From Ruminococcus sp. (lineage in GTDB: Bacteria; Bacillota; Clostridia; Oscillospirales; Acutalibacteraceae): a DNA stretch of 64,000 nt. Position 1 is the stretch's first letter; each line of letters starts with the position of its first letter. The position numbers and the translations under genes are program-made. This document shows positions 21,065 to 31,441 of this stretch, piece by piece. Under the pieces are notes generated by a model, which saw nothing but the letters and a program-made list of their open reading frames with translations, made no database searches and was not told the DNA's origin. The stretch is from the NCBI GenBank assembly GCA_017457155.1, contig JAFTHZ010000004.1:7798-71797 (forward strand), in the 5' to 3' direction.

Positions 21065-21076
21065 AGGAAGCTCCTT

Positions 21077-22666
21077 TTATTGCTTAGCGAGTTTTTTTGA
21101 TTTCTTTTTCTTTTTGAAATCCTTTAAGGTAGAGAGGATGTACTTAAAGCTCTCCACACGGAAAACAACGGACAGGAGCATATAGCTTCCGATTCCGAGA
21201 ATAACTTTGATGATAAGCTCAATCACGGTGTAGAGAACCTTGGAGTCAATGATAATGTGGAAAGGAATAAGGTCCACGCTGAATACAACTGCACCCATAA
21301 TGAGGCTCATGAGAAATGCGGGCATCAGGTCACGAAGCTGCTCAAAAAGTCCGTATCCCAGGATCTTTGCGTTGGGGCGAGCGTTGATGAATACGCAGAC
21401 GATCTCAGCAATAATGCTGGACATGGCGATAACAATAACCGAATCGGTGGTGCTCTCAAAGGAGAGGAGAACAGCGATAGCTATACCTGCGCCCAGAAAA
21501 GCCAGGTTGGAGATCTTCTTGATAATCTCGGCTACGAGGAAGGTTCCGCTTTTTCCCATAGCTTGTATGGCCTGCAGATTTGATGTATGTATTGGCCACA
21601 TAGCATAGTTGAAGCAGGCAATCCACATAAAGGGTACTGCAGGCATCCATGCTTCTCCCAGCAGCAGATAGATGAACTGGTCTGCCACCGCAGCAAATCC
21701 CATCATAGCAGGGAATACAAGATACGAGCTGGTTTTCATTGCCCGACGGGTCATGCTCTTGACCTTGGGTATGTTGTCCTGATGGCTTGCAAGAGCAGGA
21801 AAAAGCACATGCTGAATGGTTTTATTCAGGTTGTTCATCAGGATTTTCGGGTATGTACTTCCCTTGCTGTAGTAAGCAAGGTCCTTGCTTGTGTACATTT
21901 TTCCGATGATAAGTGTACGGATATCGTGGTACAGAGTATCGATGAAGGAAGATACGAGAATCTTCCATCCGTAAGAATAAAGAGACTTGAGTCTTGTGAA
22001 TGAGAACTGAAGCTTGGGGCGCCATTTGACGGTTGCCCAAAGAAAGATCGTGTCAACAATGTGGTCTGTCAACTTCTGTGTGACCAGTGCCCATGCACCG
22101 AGAACAGGGTTGTTTGTATGGGCGGTGATAACAAATGCAACCACAACACCTGCCACACCTGACAGGATGGTGCCTGTAAAAGATGCGAAAAAGTATTTTT
22201 TGAACTGCATGGTCTTGGAGACGTATGCGTGTTGGATGTTGTTTACGGCACCAATGATGAGTGTCAGGGACAGGATCCTTACCATGGGGGTCAGGTCAGG
22301 ATTTTTATAGAAGGCTGCAATATAAGGAGCAGCAAATACTATGCCGATAAAGAAGATGGTGGCAAGACCTAACTGAAAGATGAATACGGTAGAAAAGTCC
22401 TTTTCATCTGCATCTTTTTTCTGTACAAGAGCTGAGCCGAAGCCGCTCTGTACCAGAACTCCCAGCAGAGAGGTGAATACCGTAATGAGAGGGATCACAC
22501 CATAAGCGCTGGGTCCCAGCAAGCGTGCCAGGACTACGGATACAACCAGCGATACAGCCTCTCCGCCCAGTTTTTCCAGGTATTCCCAGAAAAGACCCGT
22601 TACGGTTTTTTCTTTTGTGTTGACCGCAGCAGACTGCAGCTCCTTGTTATGATTTGTTTCACTCAT
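21077..22666 (-). CDS. Polysaccharide flippase (WzxC-like)
   Basis: LARLLGPSAYG, GFGSALVQKK, multiple TM segments; probable ATG at 22666. Confidence 0.9.
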   Translation of the reverse strand: MSETNHNKELQSAAVNTKEKTVTGLFWEYLEKLGGEAVSLVVSVVLARLLGPSAYGVIPLITVFTSLLGVLVQSGFGSALVQKKDADEKDFSTVFIFQLGLATIFFIGIVFAAPYIAAFYKNPDLTPMVRILSLTLIIGAVNNIQHAYVSKTMQFKKYFFASFTGTILSGVAGVVVAFVITAHTNNPVLGAWALVTQKLTDHIVDTIFLWATVKWRPKLQFSFTRLKSLYSYGWKILVSSFIDTLYHDIRTLIIGKMYTSKDLAYYSKGSTYPKILMNNLNKTIQHVLFPALASHQDNIPKVKSMTRRAMKTSSYLVFPAMMGFAAVADQFIYLLLGEAWMPAVPFMWIACFNYAMWPIHTSNLQAIQAMGKSGTFLVAEIIKKISNLAFLGAGIAIAVLLSFESTTDSVIVIAMSSIIAEIVCVFINARPNAKILGYGLFEQLRDLMPAFLMSLIMGAVVFSVDLIPFHIIIDSKVLYTVIELIIKVILGIGSYMLLSVVFRVESFKYILSTLKDFKKKKKSKKLAKQ

Positions 22667-22695
22667 GATTTCATTACCTTCCGATTTGTACGCCC

Positions 22696-23709
22696 TTACT
22701 TTGAAAGAAATCTCTTTGACCATGGGAAGATGGACAGTATCCGCAGATACAGGATTTCCTTCTTGCTTGATTTGCTCAGAAACAGGGGAGCAACTTCTTT
22801 GTACTTTTTGCTGAACAGATGTCTGTATTCACCCTTCATAAGCATCAGATGATACTCGTTCTTCCGTATGCAGAAGGTGACCGAGCTGTCGTACTTGTAC
22901 TGTGTGTACTCGTTGTAGGCATTTATGCTCTTCAGATGTTCTGTATAGTGCTTTATTTTTTTCTCGTTTTTCTTATCACTGTTCTTCTGCTTTGTCAGGT
23001 CGCTCATAATGCTGGTGGTGCTGTTCACACGGTAGCAGGACATTTCCTTGTCTATATGATAGAAGTTGCCCTTGGAGGCAAAGTACAGCATATACAGCAC
23101 GTCCATTGAGGATGAATACTCAAAGAACTCGGGAGTGCGGTTGAGCATTTCGTCCAGAAGCTCTGAGCGGAAGAAGTAGGAAGAGGTCTGGAATATATAG
23201 GGAAGACGACAGATGCTGTCGATGGCATCCGCAGAATTTATGATTCCTGATGGAATGGTATCTTTGTTCGGGATGACATCGTTGGTGGGGTTTCCCGGCT
23301 CGTCTGTACAACGTACAATATGAGAGCAGAAGGTACAGTCGGGATTTTGCTCCAGTGCGTCAAACTGCTGCTGAAGCTTTGTCTCGTCTGTCCAGAAGTC
23401 GTCACCCTCACACAGAGCCACGTATTTTCCCTTTACTCGAGGGAAGTTGAAGGTGATGGACATCATATTTCCCAGCTTGTAGCTTTTTGAGTACTGGTTT
23501 TCTGAGTGGTACAGAGGCTTGATAATATCGGGATATTTGCGTTCGTACTCTCTGATGATCTCGGTGGTGCCGTCAGTAGAGCAGTCGTCATTTATGAGAA
23601 TCTCGTATCTGAAGTTGGTTTTTTGCATCAGAAAGCTGTCAAGTGCTTTTCTGATATATTCCTTGTGATTATATACAAGGCAACATATGCTGACAGCAAT
23701 ATCACTCAT
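22696..23709 (-). CDS. GT2 glycosyltransferase
   Basis: SICCLVYNH, INDDCSTDGT, ALCEGDDFW..KLQQQ. Confidence 0.9.
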   Translation of the reverse strand: MSDIAVSICCLVYNHKEYIRKALDSFLMQKTNFRYEILINDDCSTDGTTEIIREYERKYPDIIKPLYHSENQYSKSYKLGNMMSITFNFPRVKGKYVALCEGDDFWTDETKLQQQFDALEQNPDCTFCSHIVRCTDEPGNPTNDVIPNKDTIPSGIINSADAIDSICRLPYIFQTSSYFFRSELLDEMLNRTPEFFEYSSSMDVLYMLYFASKGNFYHIDKEMSCYRVNSTTSIMSDLTKQKNSDKKNEKKIKHYTEHLKSINAYNEYTQYKYDSSVTFCIRKNEYHLMLMKGEYRHLFSKKYKEVAPLFLSKSSKKEILYLRILSIFPWSKRFLSK

Positions 23710-23735
23710 GGTGTCATCTCCTTTCAGCAGTTTTT

Positions 23736-24749
23736 TTATCTGAATTTTTTCAGAAGCATAATCAGGTTGTAGTTTCCGAGCCTGAGGGCCTTAAGGTACA
23801 TGGAGTTGTATCCTCTCGTGTCCGTACCCTTCAGAGCTGTTTTGAAGCGGTCGCTTCGGATAAGCTGCGTGCAGTAGCGGACCTTCTCTTTTTTTGACGC
23901 GGGATTGGCAGGAGAGAAGGTGTTGTTGATTGCTCTGTGAGAATCATCAAACACCATAGTGCACCATACCTTGTGGGCGCCTGCCTTGTCCTTTGCGTTT
24001 CGAAGGATTACCTGCTGGACCCTGTCCTCCTTGACACGGAACATATTGATAATATCCTTGAAATACCTTTTGCAGAGACTACCGGGGGCATCCAGATAGT
24101 AGTTGTATATGGATCTGTTGTACAGGATAACCTTGTCTGTTTTCTCAAGATAATCAAGGTTAAATATAAAGTCTTCGTTATAGTGGATGTCGGTGTTGTA
24201 TCTGATGTGATTTTCTTCGATAACTCTGCGGGAGAAAAGCTTGTTGTAGGGCATATTCATCAGAGTGAAGGCGGCGCCCTGATTCAGCTCTACATACAAA
24301 TCGCAGAACTCATCCTTGGAAAAATGCACAACCTCACCCTCTTTGTATTTTGGACAAAGAGCGTCTGAGTTTTTTCCTGAATCAAGGATTTTTGTGATAC
24401 CTGCCAGCACAAGCATATCGTCGCCATTGTGTGCAGCATCGTAGAGGGCCTGACAGAAGTGAGGATAAACATAGTCATCACTGTCACAGAACATAATATA
24501 TCTGCCCTGTGCGTTATCAAGGCCCAGATTGCGAGCAGAGGATACTCCGCCGTTGTCTTTGTGTATGACCTTGATCCGGCGGTCTTTGGCGGCATAATCG
24601 TCACAGATGCTGCCGCTGTTGTCCTTTGATCCGTCATTGACAAGAATAAGCTCAAAATCCTCAAAGGTCTGAGAAAGAAGAGAATCAATACATTTATTAA
24701 GATAGTTTGCTGCGTTGTAAACAGGCACAATAATGCTTATGGCTGCCAT
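23736..24749 (-). CDS. GT2 glycosyltransferase
   Basis: SIIVPVYN, VNDGSKD, NGGVSSARN, FCDSDD, EDFIFN. Confidence 0.92.
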   Translation of the reverse strand: MAAISIIVPVYNAANYLNKCIDSLLSQTFEDFELILVNDGSKDNSGSICDDYAAKDRRIKVIHKDNGGVSSARNLGLDNAQGRYIMFCDSDDYVYPHFCQALYDAAHNGDDMLVLAGITKILDSGKNSDALCPKYKEGEVVHFSKDEFCDLYVELNQGAAFTLMNMPYNKLFSRRVIEENHIRYNTDIHYNEDFIFNLDYLEKTDKVILYNRSIYNYYLDAPGSLCKRYFKDIINMFRVKEDRVQQVILRNAKDKAGAHKVWCTMVFDDSHRAINNTFSPANPASKKEKVRYCTQLIRSDRFKTALKGTDTRGYNSMYLKALRLGNYNLIMLLKKFR

Positions 24750-24758
24750 AAAAACACC

Positions 24759-25931
24759 TTATCCGTAGATTGATTTCTTGAGGAAGTTGAGAGCGGTTTC
24801 TCTTTCCCTCGCAATAATGTCATCGCTGCGACCGAAGTCCACAGGGGAAAAGTCTTTTTTTGAGATTTCGTTGTACATACGGTCGGATAGTGAGAATGTA
24901 CCAAGCAGGGTCTTGAGTCTGGAGCCCATGGAGCGACCGTCCTCAATGCGGTCAAAGACCACGAAATCTCTCTTGAATATTATGGAGAATACTGCGGCAT
25001 GAAAAGAATCCGTGAAAACAGCCTCTGCATGATGTATAAGATAGAGAAACTCCGCAGGCCCTGCGCTGAAGTACTTGCTGTCTCTTATATCAAAGAGGTT
25101 AATTACAGTAAGGTTCTTTTCTTTTGCCACAGAGGATATGTATCTGCGGTACTTGTTGCTTTCGTTTCCCAGGAAATATGTGAGAGCGTAGGGTTTGTCT
25201 GTGGAAAAATCAGGTTTTTTCTCTATGCTTTCCCACACGTCCCTTGTAACGGTGAAGGTAGGGTCACAGATAACCTGTGCCTGCCTGCCGGTAAGCTCCT
25301 TGATGATTTCGGCACCTTGTTCTTCTCTGACTGAAAGATTTGGAATTTCTTTGAGCCATTTTGAATAGGGCTCCTTGGCAAAGGAGGGAAGCTGAGAAAT
25401 TCCGAAGGAAGGGGCAAAGGTGAGCTTCTTTGAGTTTTCCGCAAAGGTGAGGAATTTGACCTCTGAGGTATGGGGATAGGTGGGGTTCCATATCTGATCC
25501 GAGCCTGCAGAGAAAAAGTCAAATTCACTGAGCTTTTCTTCTGGGATGTTGTTTTTGCTTATGGTGAAATCCGTATGTCCCACAAGATTGTCATAAAAAT
25601 CCCTGAATGCCTCGGACCGCTTTTTCTTTGCAAGAGCATACTCGGAGGCGTTCTTCTTTTTTCTGATGATTGAGGGGAGGAGATGATCCCGCTGGTTCTT
25701 CATAAGGTACTTTTGTTTTGTACGTACTCTCATGACAGCGGCGATATATGAGGGCTTGAGTTTGGCTTTTTTGCTGACCTTGTTGTAGATGGTCTTGACC
25801 CCGTTTTTTGTCTCATCAGGGATGGTAACAGCCTGAAGTCCAAGACTTTCGTATGCCTTTGTTACGGCGAAGTTCTGGAGCTGTCCGCCGTAGTTTTCGC
25901 CACCTGCAAGGGTTATTATTCCAACTTTCAT
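24759..25931 (-). CDS. Polysaccharide pyruvyl transferase family protein
   Basis: NYGGQLQ, GSDQIWNP, APSFG, LSVRE, CDPT, TDSFH. Confidence 0.88.
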   Translation of the reverse strand: MKVGIITLAGGENYGGQLQNFAVTKAYESLGLQAVTIPDETKNGVKTIYNKVSKKAKLKPSYIAAVMRVRTKQKYLMKNQRDHLLPSIIRKKKNASEYALAKKKRSEAFRDFYDNLVGHTDFTISKNNIPEEKLSEFDFFSAGSDQIWNPTYPHTSEVKFLTFAENSKKLTFAPSFGISQLPSFAKEPYSKWLKEIPNLSVREEQGAEIIKELTGRQAQVICDPTFTVTRDVWESIEKKPDFSTDKPYALTYFLGNESNKYRRYISSVAKEKNLTVINLFDIRDSKYFSAGPAEFLYLIHHAEAVFTDSFHAAVFSIIFKRDFVVFDRIEDGRSMGSRLKTLLGTFSLSDRMYNEISKKDFSPVDFGRSDDIIARERETALNFLKKSIYG

Positions 25932-25951
25932 ATCAGCACTCCTGTGTAGAG

Positions 25952-27076
25952 TTAGTATTCATATCCGTATTTGTTGAAGAATTCTTCGCCTCGCTCAAAT
26001 ACCCAGCTCCATTCCACTCCTACTGCGTCAATATATATCCATACTATAGCGTACAGAATCAGTATGACGCTCTTTAACAGCAACTGCTGAGACTTATCAA
26101 ATTTGTTGACAAGGTGATACAGGGACAAGGGAATGAAAGGTCTGAAGTAAATACCTGCTCGGTTCAGATAGGCACTGTTTGCCGTTCCGAAAATAACAGC
26201 GGCATTTACAAACATAAAGCAGATGTAAAAGTTTTCTTCTCCGGAGAATTCCTTGTTCTGTATTGACATGAAGAGATACAGCAAAATTGGCGCAAAAGCA
26301 ATGGCAATTCTCAGGGGATGGATTTCGTTCTGAGCATAGGTGGTATCTGCACTTGTGGATGTGGGATCATCCTGCAGAACTCCCATGAAACTGAAGAGTG
26401 TGTCATAAGAGAATACCAGCACAATACCAAAAACAATAATAAAGAATATCTTTTTGTAGTTCAGATGCTGGCTGATGATAAAGTACATAGGCAGCATGAT
26501 CAGTGCCGTTATATGGAAGGATGCCGCCAAAAATACAAGTATGCAGTATCTGATGAATTTTCGTTCGTAAAGCAATCGGTGTCCGGCAAAGAAAACAGCT
26601 GCAGCCATGTACTGGCGTACACCATTGAAAGCTCCGCTCCAGCAAGATGTAAATACGTAGAGCATTACAACGAAGAAGAAGTCCTCGGAGTACTTTGCCA
26701 TGGGGAAAACAAACATGAAGACCGTGAGAACGGAGGTGAGAAGAATAAAGTAGGCTCCGTCATCTGTAAAGATGTACAGAATCTTGGCCAGAACAGACAG
26801 TCCGGGCTCGCTCCAGTTTCTGATGCTTTCGTCAAATCGACCGAGCCATTTCAGATAACCCCAGTAATATCCTCCGAAGTCAGCGCCTACATAGAATCGC
26901 AATCCGGCAACACCGGCCAGAATGGCGGCGCATATAAAAACAAACAGGTAGTATGATGTCAGCTTTGGTTTTTCTCCATCTGATAAATGGGCAATTGCGG
27001 TTGCTCGTTTATACTGTGAATTTGCAAGAAGTGCAAAGACGGCTACTGCAATTACGGTGACGATCATTACGGTCAT
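25952..27076 (-). CDS. EpsG-family polysaccharide polymerase (Wzy)
   Basis: GLRFYVGAD..Y, EPG, NGVRQYMA, SFHITA; multiple TM segments. Confidence 0.88.
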   Translation of the reverse strand: MTVMIVTVIAVAVFALLANSQYKRATAIAHLSDGEKPKLTSYYLFVFICAAILAGVAGLRFYVGADFGGYYWGYLKWLGRFDESIRNWSEPGLSVLAKILYIFTDDGAYFILLTSVLTVFMFVFPMAKYSEDFFFVVMLYVFTSCWSGAFNGVRQYMAAAVFFAGHRLLYERKFIRYCILVFLAASFHITALIMLPMYFIISQHLNYKKIFFIIVFGIVLVFSYDTLFSFMGVLQDDPTSTSADTTYAQNEIHPLRIAIAFAPILLYLFMSIQNKEFSGEENFYICFMFVNAAVIFGTANSAYLNRAGIYFRPFIPLSLYHLVNKFDKSQQLLLKSVILILYAIVWIYIDAVGVEWSWVFERGEEFFNKYGYEY

Positions 27077-27124
27077 ATACGCGCCTCCTTTCTAAAAAAA
27101 GTGAAATATATACATCGGATCAGA

Positions 27125-28096
27125 TCAGGCAGTTTCTTCCTGAATCTTTTTGTACAGTTCAAGGTTGTGGTTAGGCTCGGGCAGAGTGAGTTCCTGGCCG
27201 AGAATATAGTCGTAGTCCACAGGGACAGGATACTGGAGGCCTCCTCCGGGGAAGAAGGTAAGCTCACCAAAGATGATTCTGCCCTCAAAGTTAAAGAAGT
27301 CAACTCTGACATAGGGGAATTCCTGAGCAAGAGCAGTAGCGATTTCTTTCATCTCTTCGAACTGCTCGGGCTTGGGGACCAGCACGTCAGACATCTTATA
27401 GTTTTTGTAGGTGAAGCCCTGCTTCTCCCAGTCTATATTCAGGAAGTCCACATAGTGCTTTCCATCTATATCGTGGTTGATCTGCATGTACTTGGGAACG
27501 CCGTTGAAGCACATGAACTTGTAATCTACAAGAGGGCTGTGATCCAGAAAATCCTCAACGATGATCTTGGGCTCAATGTGTTTATAGTTCCATTCTCTGC
27601 CGAAGGTATAGAGGTTTCTCTTGAGCCAGCAGTTGAAGATGCGCTTCCACCAGAACCAGTTGACCTTGCTTTTGTCGGTGCAGATAAGGTTCCAGCTGGA
27701 GCCGTGGTTTGCCTTCATGGCAAATCTGTCGGGCAGCTCCTCAGGCTTGATATCCTTGCCGTTATCATATACAGCGATCAGGTTGTTCAGAAGGTGACCG
27801 TAGCCCTTGGCTTCAATATATTCTCTCACACGATATTTGTCAGAGCAGATGGGCATATTCTCATTTCTATAGAAGAGCTTCAGCCACTGGAGCTTTTCTG
27901 AGTAACGCTTGGGGTCCTTCAGGTTTATTTTCTCTCCGGTACGCAGAGGGTATTCTTTGATTATGTACTCATAGTCGGTGAGTCTTCTTTCGTTGCTTTT
28001 TCCCATGTAGATTCGGACCCAGTTGAAAAACCATTTGCCTGCATCACTTTTCTGAATGGTTGCAGCAATCTTTTTCTTGAATTTACTTGTTGCCAT
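27125..28096 (-). CDS. TupA-like ATP-grasp amidoligase
   Basis: YSEKLQWLKL, DKYRVREY, KANHGS, REWNY, DYKFMCFNG, VRVDF, FGELTFFP. Confidence 0.88.
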   Translation of the reverse strand: MATSKFKKKIAATIQKSDAGKWFFNWVRIYMGKSNERRLTDYEYIIKEYPLRTGEKINLKDPKRYSEKLQWLKLFYRNENMPICSDKYRVREYIEAKGYGHLLNNLIAVYDNGKDIKPEELPDRFAMKANHGSSWNLICTDKSKVNWFWWKRIFNCWLKRNLYTFGREWNYKHIEPKIIVEDFLDHSPLVDYKFMCFNGVPKYMQINHDIDGKHYVDFLNIDWEKQGFTYKNYKMSDVLVPKPEQFEEMKEIATALAQEFPYVRVDFFNFEGRIIFGELTFFPGGGLQYPVPVDYDYILGQELTLPEPNHNLELYKKIQEETA

Positions 28097-28111
28097 ATTG
28101 TCACCCTCCTG

Positions 28112-28924
28112 TTATGAGTGCTTCTTTAGTTTTGTGATTCTTGCCTTTAGCTTGCGGAACTCGTTGTAGAACAAAGCGCCCAGGGGAATCAGGACTCTCC
28201 AATAGTACTTGAGGGGGAATCGGAGGAGTCTGAAACCCTTGAATCGGGTGACGGTTGCCCAGAGATAAAGCTTGGGTTTTCTGCGAAGATAGGCATTTGC
28301 ATCTTCGCGGTAAAAGTACAGTGCTTCCTGAAGATTGGCGCCTCTGAAGCCCTTTGCGTAGAATCTGAACCACAAATCATAGTCCTGAGTTCTCATTGTA
28401 CGGGCAGAGACGGTGTAGCCGCCTGTCTCTTTGTATACATGGGTGTATGTCATGATGGAAGCATGAGCAAAGCAAGGGCCGAAGCGCAGGTCGGTCTTCT
28501 GAGGAAACTCCTTGTAGCTGATGATTCTGCCCTCTGTGCTTCCGCCGAAAGCGCGCATAAAGGTTCCCACAAGATGAATGTCAGGGTGCTCACGAAGGAA
28601 TTTCACCTGCTTTTCAAATCTGTCGGGAGAGACGTAGTCGTCTCCGTCCATTCTGGCACAGAACTCGCCCTGTGCATACTCAAGGCAGTGATTGAGAGAA
28701 AAGGCCAGTCGGGAGTTTTTCTCGTTCCTGATAATGACAAATTTGTCGGGATATTTGTCTTTGTATTCATTGATTACCTGCAGGGTGTTGTCGGTGGAAC
28801 AGTCATCACAGATGATGAACTGCCAGTTGGTGTATGTCTGAGCAAGGATGGAGTCGATGCTCTGATGGACTGTGTCAGCACAGTTATATACTGACATTAT
28901 TACTGATATCTGGCCCTGGTTCAT
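28112..28924 (-). CDS. GT2 glycosyltransferase
   Basis: SVIMSVYN, CDDCSTD, ARMDGDD, QDYDLW. Confidence 0.92.
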   Translation of the reverse strand: MNQGQISVIMSVYNCADTVHQSIDSILAQTYTNWQFIICDDCSTDNTLQVINEYKDKYPDKFVIIRNEKNSRLAFSLNHCLEYAQGEFCARMDGDDYVSPDRFEKQVKFLREHPDIHLVGTFMRAFGGSTEGRIISYKEFPQKTDLRFGPCFAHASIMTYTHVYKETGGYTVSARTMRTQDYDLWFRFYAKGFRGANLQEALYFYREDANAYLRRKPKLYLWATVTRFKGFRLLRFPLKYYWRVLIPLGALFYNEFRKLKARITKLKKHS

Positions 28925-28941
28925 GGCTTTTCACTTCCTGA

Positions 28942-30021
28942 TTAAAGATATTTGCTGAAGGTTTTTCGGTATTCTTTTGCGTGGAGCTTTCCGTTGATAT
29001 AGGCTCCTGCATATTTATAGTTCATTCTGTTGAGATAGAATTTAAGGCCGCTCTTTTTTCTGGTTGACTTTTTGCTGCGGTTGATGAGGGTTTCTTTTCT
29101 GATGGCAACAATCTCGGAATCTTCCTTCGTAAGATCATCAGAATACTGATTGACAGAGGAGAGGACTTCCTCGCTAAGGTGCTGGATGCCATCGGGTAAA
29201 TCTGTCAATGCAATGATCTTGCTGTCAGTGCAGGTGTTGCCTTCAACCGTAATAATTGCAATGTAGCTTTGGCGTGTTGCGTCAGCCTGTCTGGCGGTGA
29301 CCTTTATTGAGGTTACGAGCGCATCGTCAAAGCACAGGTCTCCGCATGCGTAGAACAGCATGGAGTTGTTGTATTTTTCATATCCCTGAATTCTGTGGGG
29401 ATGGTTACCATGGAGAACATAGTCATCTTTTTCGGCCAGAGCTCTGAAGAATTTTCTGTGCTCAGGAGAAGGATGATATACTCCTTCGATTCCGTAGTGA
29501 GCGGATACGATGGGCAGTGCGTTTTCTTTTTTTGCTTTTTCGAGCAGCGCTACAACTGTATCTTCGCTCATGAGCTTTGTGTGCATTTTTTTGGTGCCGT
29601 AATGAACACCGTTTGCAGAGTAGCAACAGAATCCGTCCAGCAGAGCCTTGTCGTTTCCTTTTTCAAGCAAAACGGGATCGTCTCCCAGACCTACGTATTT
29701 TATACCGGCTTCGCTTAGGATGCGGACAGTATCTTTGACGCCTTTTACTCCATAATCAAAGGTGTGATTGTTTGCAAGTGTAACATGGGTGATTCCCAGG
29801 TCTGTAAGGGTTTTGACGTTTTCTGTGTCAGATTTAAGGTATACTCCCTTGCAGATATGAGTGTGTTTTTTGTTTGTCAGGGGACTTTCCAGATTAGCGA
29901 TGGCATAGTCACAGTCTTTTATTGCATCAGCAACAACAGCCAATCTGGACATTACCTTGCTGTCTGATGTGAGGCTGTATCTGCCGAGAAGTGCCATGTC
30001 GCCAAGCAGTGCAATTTTCAT
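28942..30021 (-). CDS. CapA family (poly-gamma-glutamate-associated) metallophosphoesterase-fold protein
   Basis: LLGD, NLESP, TLANNHTFDYG, HYGIE, GNHPH. Confidence 0.85.
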   Translation of the reverse strand: MKIALLGDMALLGRYSLTSDSKVMSRLAVVADAIKDCDYAIANLESPLTNKKHTHICKGVYLKSDTENVKTLTDLGITHVTLANNHTFDYGVKGVKDTVRILSEAGIKYVGLGDDPVLLEKGNDKALLDGFCCYSANGVHYGTKKMHTKLMSEDTVVALLEKAKKENALPIVSAHYGIEGVYHPSPEHRKFFRALAEKDDYVLHGNHPHRIQGYEKYNNSMLFYACGDLCFDDALVTSIKVTARQADATRQSYIAIITVEGNTCTDSKIIALTDLPDGIQHLSEEVLSSVNQYSDDLTKEDSEIVAIRKETLINRSKKSTRKKSGLKFYLNRMNYKYAGAYINGKLHAKEYRKTFSKYL

Positions 30022-30035
30022 ATTTGATCCTCGTG

Positions 30036-31391
30036 TTATTTAAGATTGTTTATAATGAATCTGAATTTTCCGCTGGGGTCTTTTCTGAGGGTATCTATAT
30101 GATGAAGGTTCAGCTTCATCTCTTCGCCCAGAGAGTAGTGGAGCTTTCCTATTATAATATCGTCCATATCAGCGGTGTACTTGTCTGTTGCAACGATGTA
30201 GATGTCCACGCTGTCCTCTGTGTTCTGGATAAACTGCATATTCTGTACACAGTTGTTGAAATCCTGGCTCACAAGGGACAAGTAAACAGATGTGAACTTT
30301 CCGTTTTGGGGTGAGTATATGTAGTCCAGAGAACGGCCCTGGATGCTTTTGATAATAGGCAGTGCACTGCCGCAATCGCAGGTTTTGTCTGCTTCGTCAA
30401 AGATAACGGAGTCGCCTATCTTGTAGCGGATGAGAGGTGTGCCGTGAGTCTCAAAGCAGGTTACTGCCATCTCGCCGTCCTCGTCAATTTCGATGACGCC
30501 TGTGTCAAGACAGTAGTGGAGCTTGCCGAGGGTACATTCTGTGATGAAGGGTGCGCCCTCACTGGATGCATACTGGTCATAAACCCTGCAGCCGAAAGCT
30601 TTTTCGATGGCTTCCTTGTAGTGAGGGAGAAGGGTCTCCGCAGTAGGGAAGATGGCTACAGGAGTAAAGCTTAGTTTGATATTATTGTCCAGAATGTATT
30701 TTGCTACCTCATACATGGCCGAGGGATATCCGTCCATAGAATGGGGCTTGTATTTGTTGAGTCCCTTGACATAGTATGGGAGGTTGTCGCCTTTGCAGTG
30801 AAATCCTGAGAAGATGCGCTGTTTCATAGCCAGGTTGTCACGCCAGAAGACTTTTCTCTTCTGAGTGGGTGGGACGATTTTTGAGGAGTTGAAACTGGCT
30901 CTTCTCATCTTCAGGTGCTCGAATCCCAGAGCACTCTTGAAGTGGTCCAGATATGCCAGACGGCGCTGATGGTCCTCTCTTGTATACACAAAAGTCATGG
31001 AGGTGCCTGTGGTGCCGCTGGTGTTTGATACAGTTCCCTCGGACATGGGGATGGTGTACATTTTCTCAATGTTCGCCCTGACCAATTCCTTGGGGAGTAT
31101 GGGGAGTTTCTTCAGGTCCTCAACGGTGTTAATGGCTGAAATATCTACGTCCTTGTAGAATTCCCTGTAGAAGGGGCTGTTTTCATAGGCATACTTTACA
31201 AGCTCCCGAACCCTGCTGTTCTGATACTCTGTGAGAAAACTCTTGTCAGAATAGTCTCTTTTTTTCAGTTCGGCCAGGTATTCGGCATAAGCTGTTCCGA
31301 AACGGCGTTTTTTGAGCTTGTATCCCTGCATTGTTGTCAGGATGTTCTGAACAAAAATGGGGGAGTGGTTGTAGATTTTCATAGGATCCAT
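30036..31391 (-). CDS. CapK-type adenylate-forming enzyme (phenylacetate-CoA ligase family)
   Basis: SPFY, LPILPK, TSGTTG P-loop, GYPS, AETL, DQYASSE, PLIRYKIGD, GR, SGKFR. Confidence 0.85.
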   Translation of the reverse strand: MDPMKIYNHSPIFVQNILTTMQGYKLKKRRFGTAYAEYLAELKKRDYSDKSFLTEYQNSRVRELVKYAYENSPFYREFYKDVDISAINTVEDLKKLPILPKELVRANIEKMYTIPMSEGTVSNTSGTTGTSMTFVYTREDHQRRLAYLDHFKSALGFEHLKMRRASFNSSKIVPPTQKRKVFWRDNLAMKQRIFSGFHCKGDNLPYYVKGLNKYKPHSMDGYPSAMYEVAKYILDNNIKLSFTPVAIFPTAETLLPHYKEAIEKAFGCRVYDQYASSEGAPFITECTLGKLHYCLDTGVIEIDEDGEMAVTCFETHGTPLIRYKIGDSVIFDEADKTCDCGSALPIIKSIQGRSLDYIYSPQNGKFTSVYLSLVSQDFNNCVQNMQFIQNTEDSVDIYIVATDKYTADMDDIIIGKLHYSLGEEMKLNLHHIDTLRKDPSGKFRFIINNLK

Positions 31392-31441
31392 AAGAAAACT
31401 CCTTATATATATAGAAAAGAAAGTAGAGGAACTTATCCTTG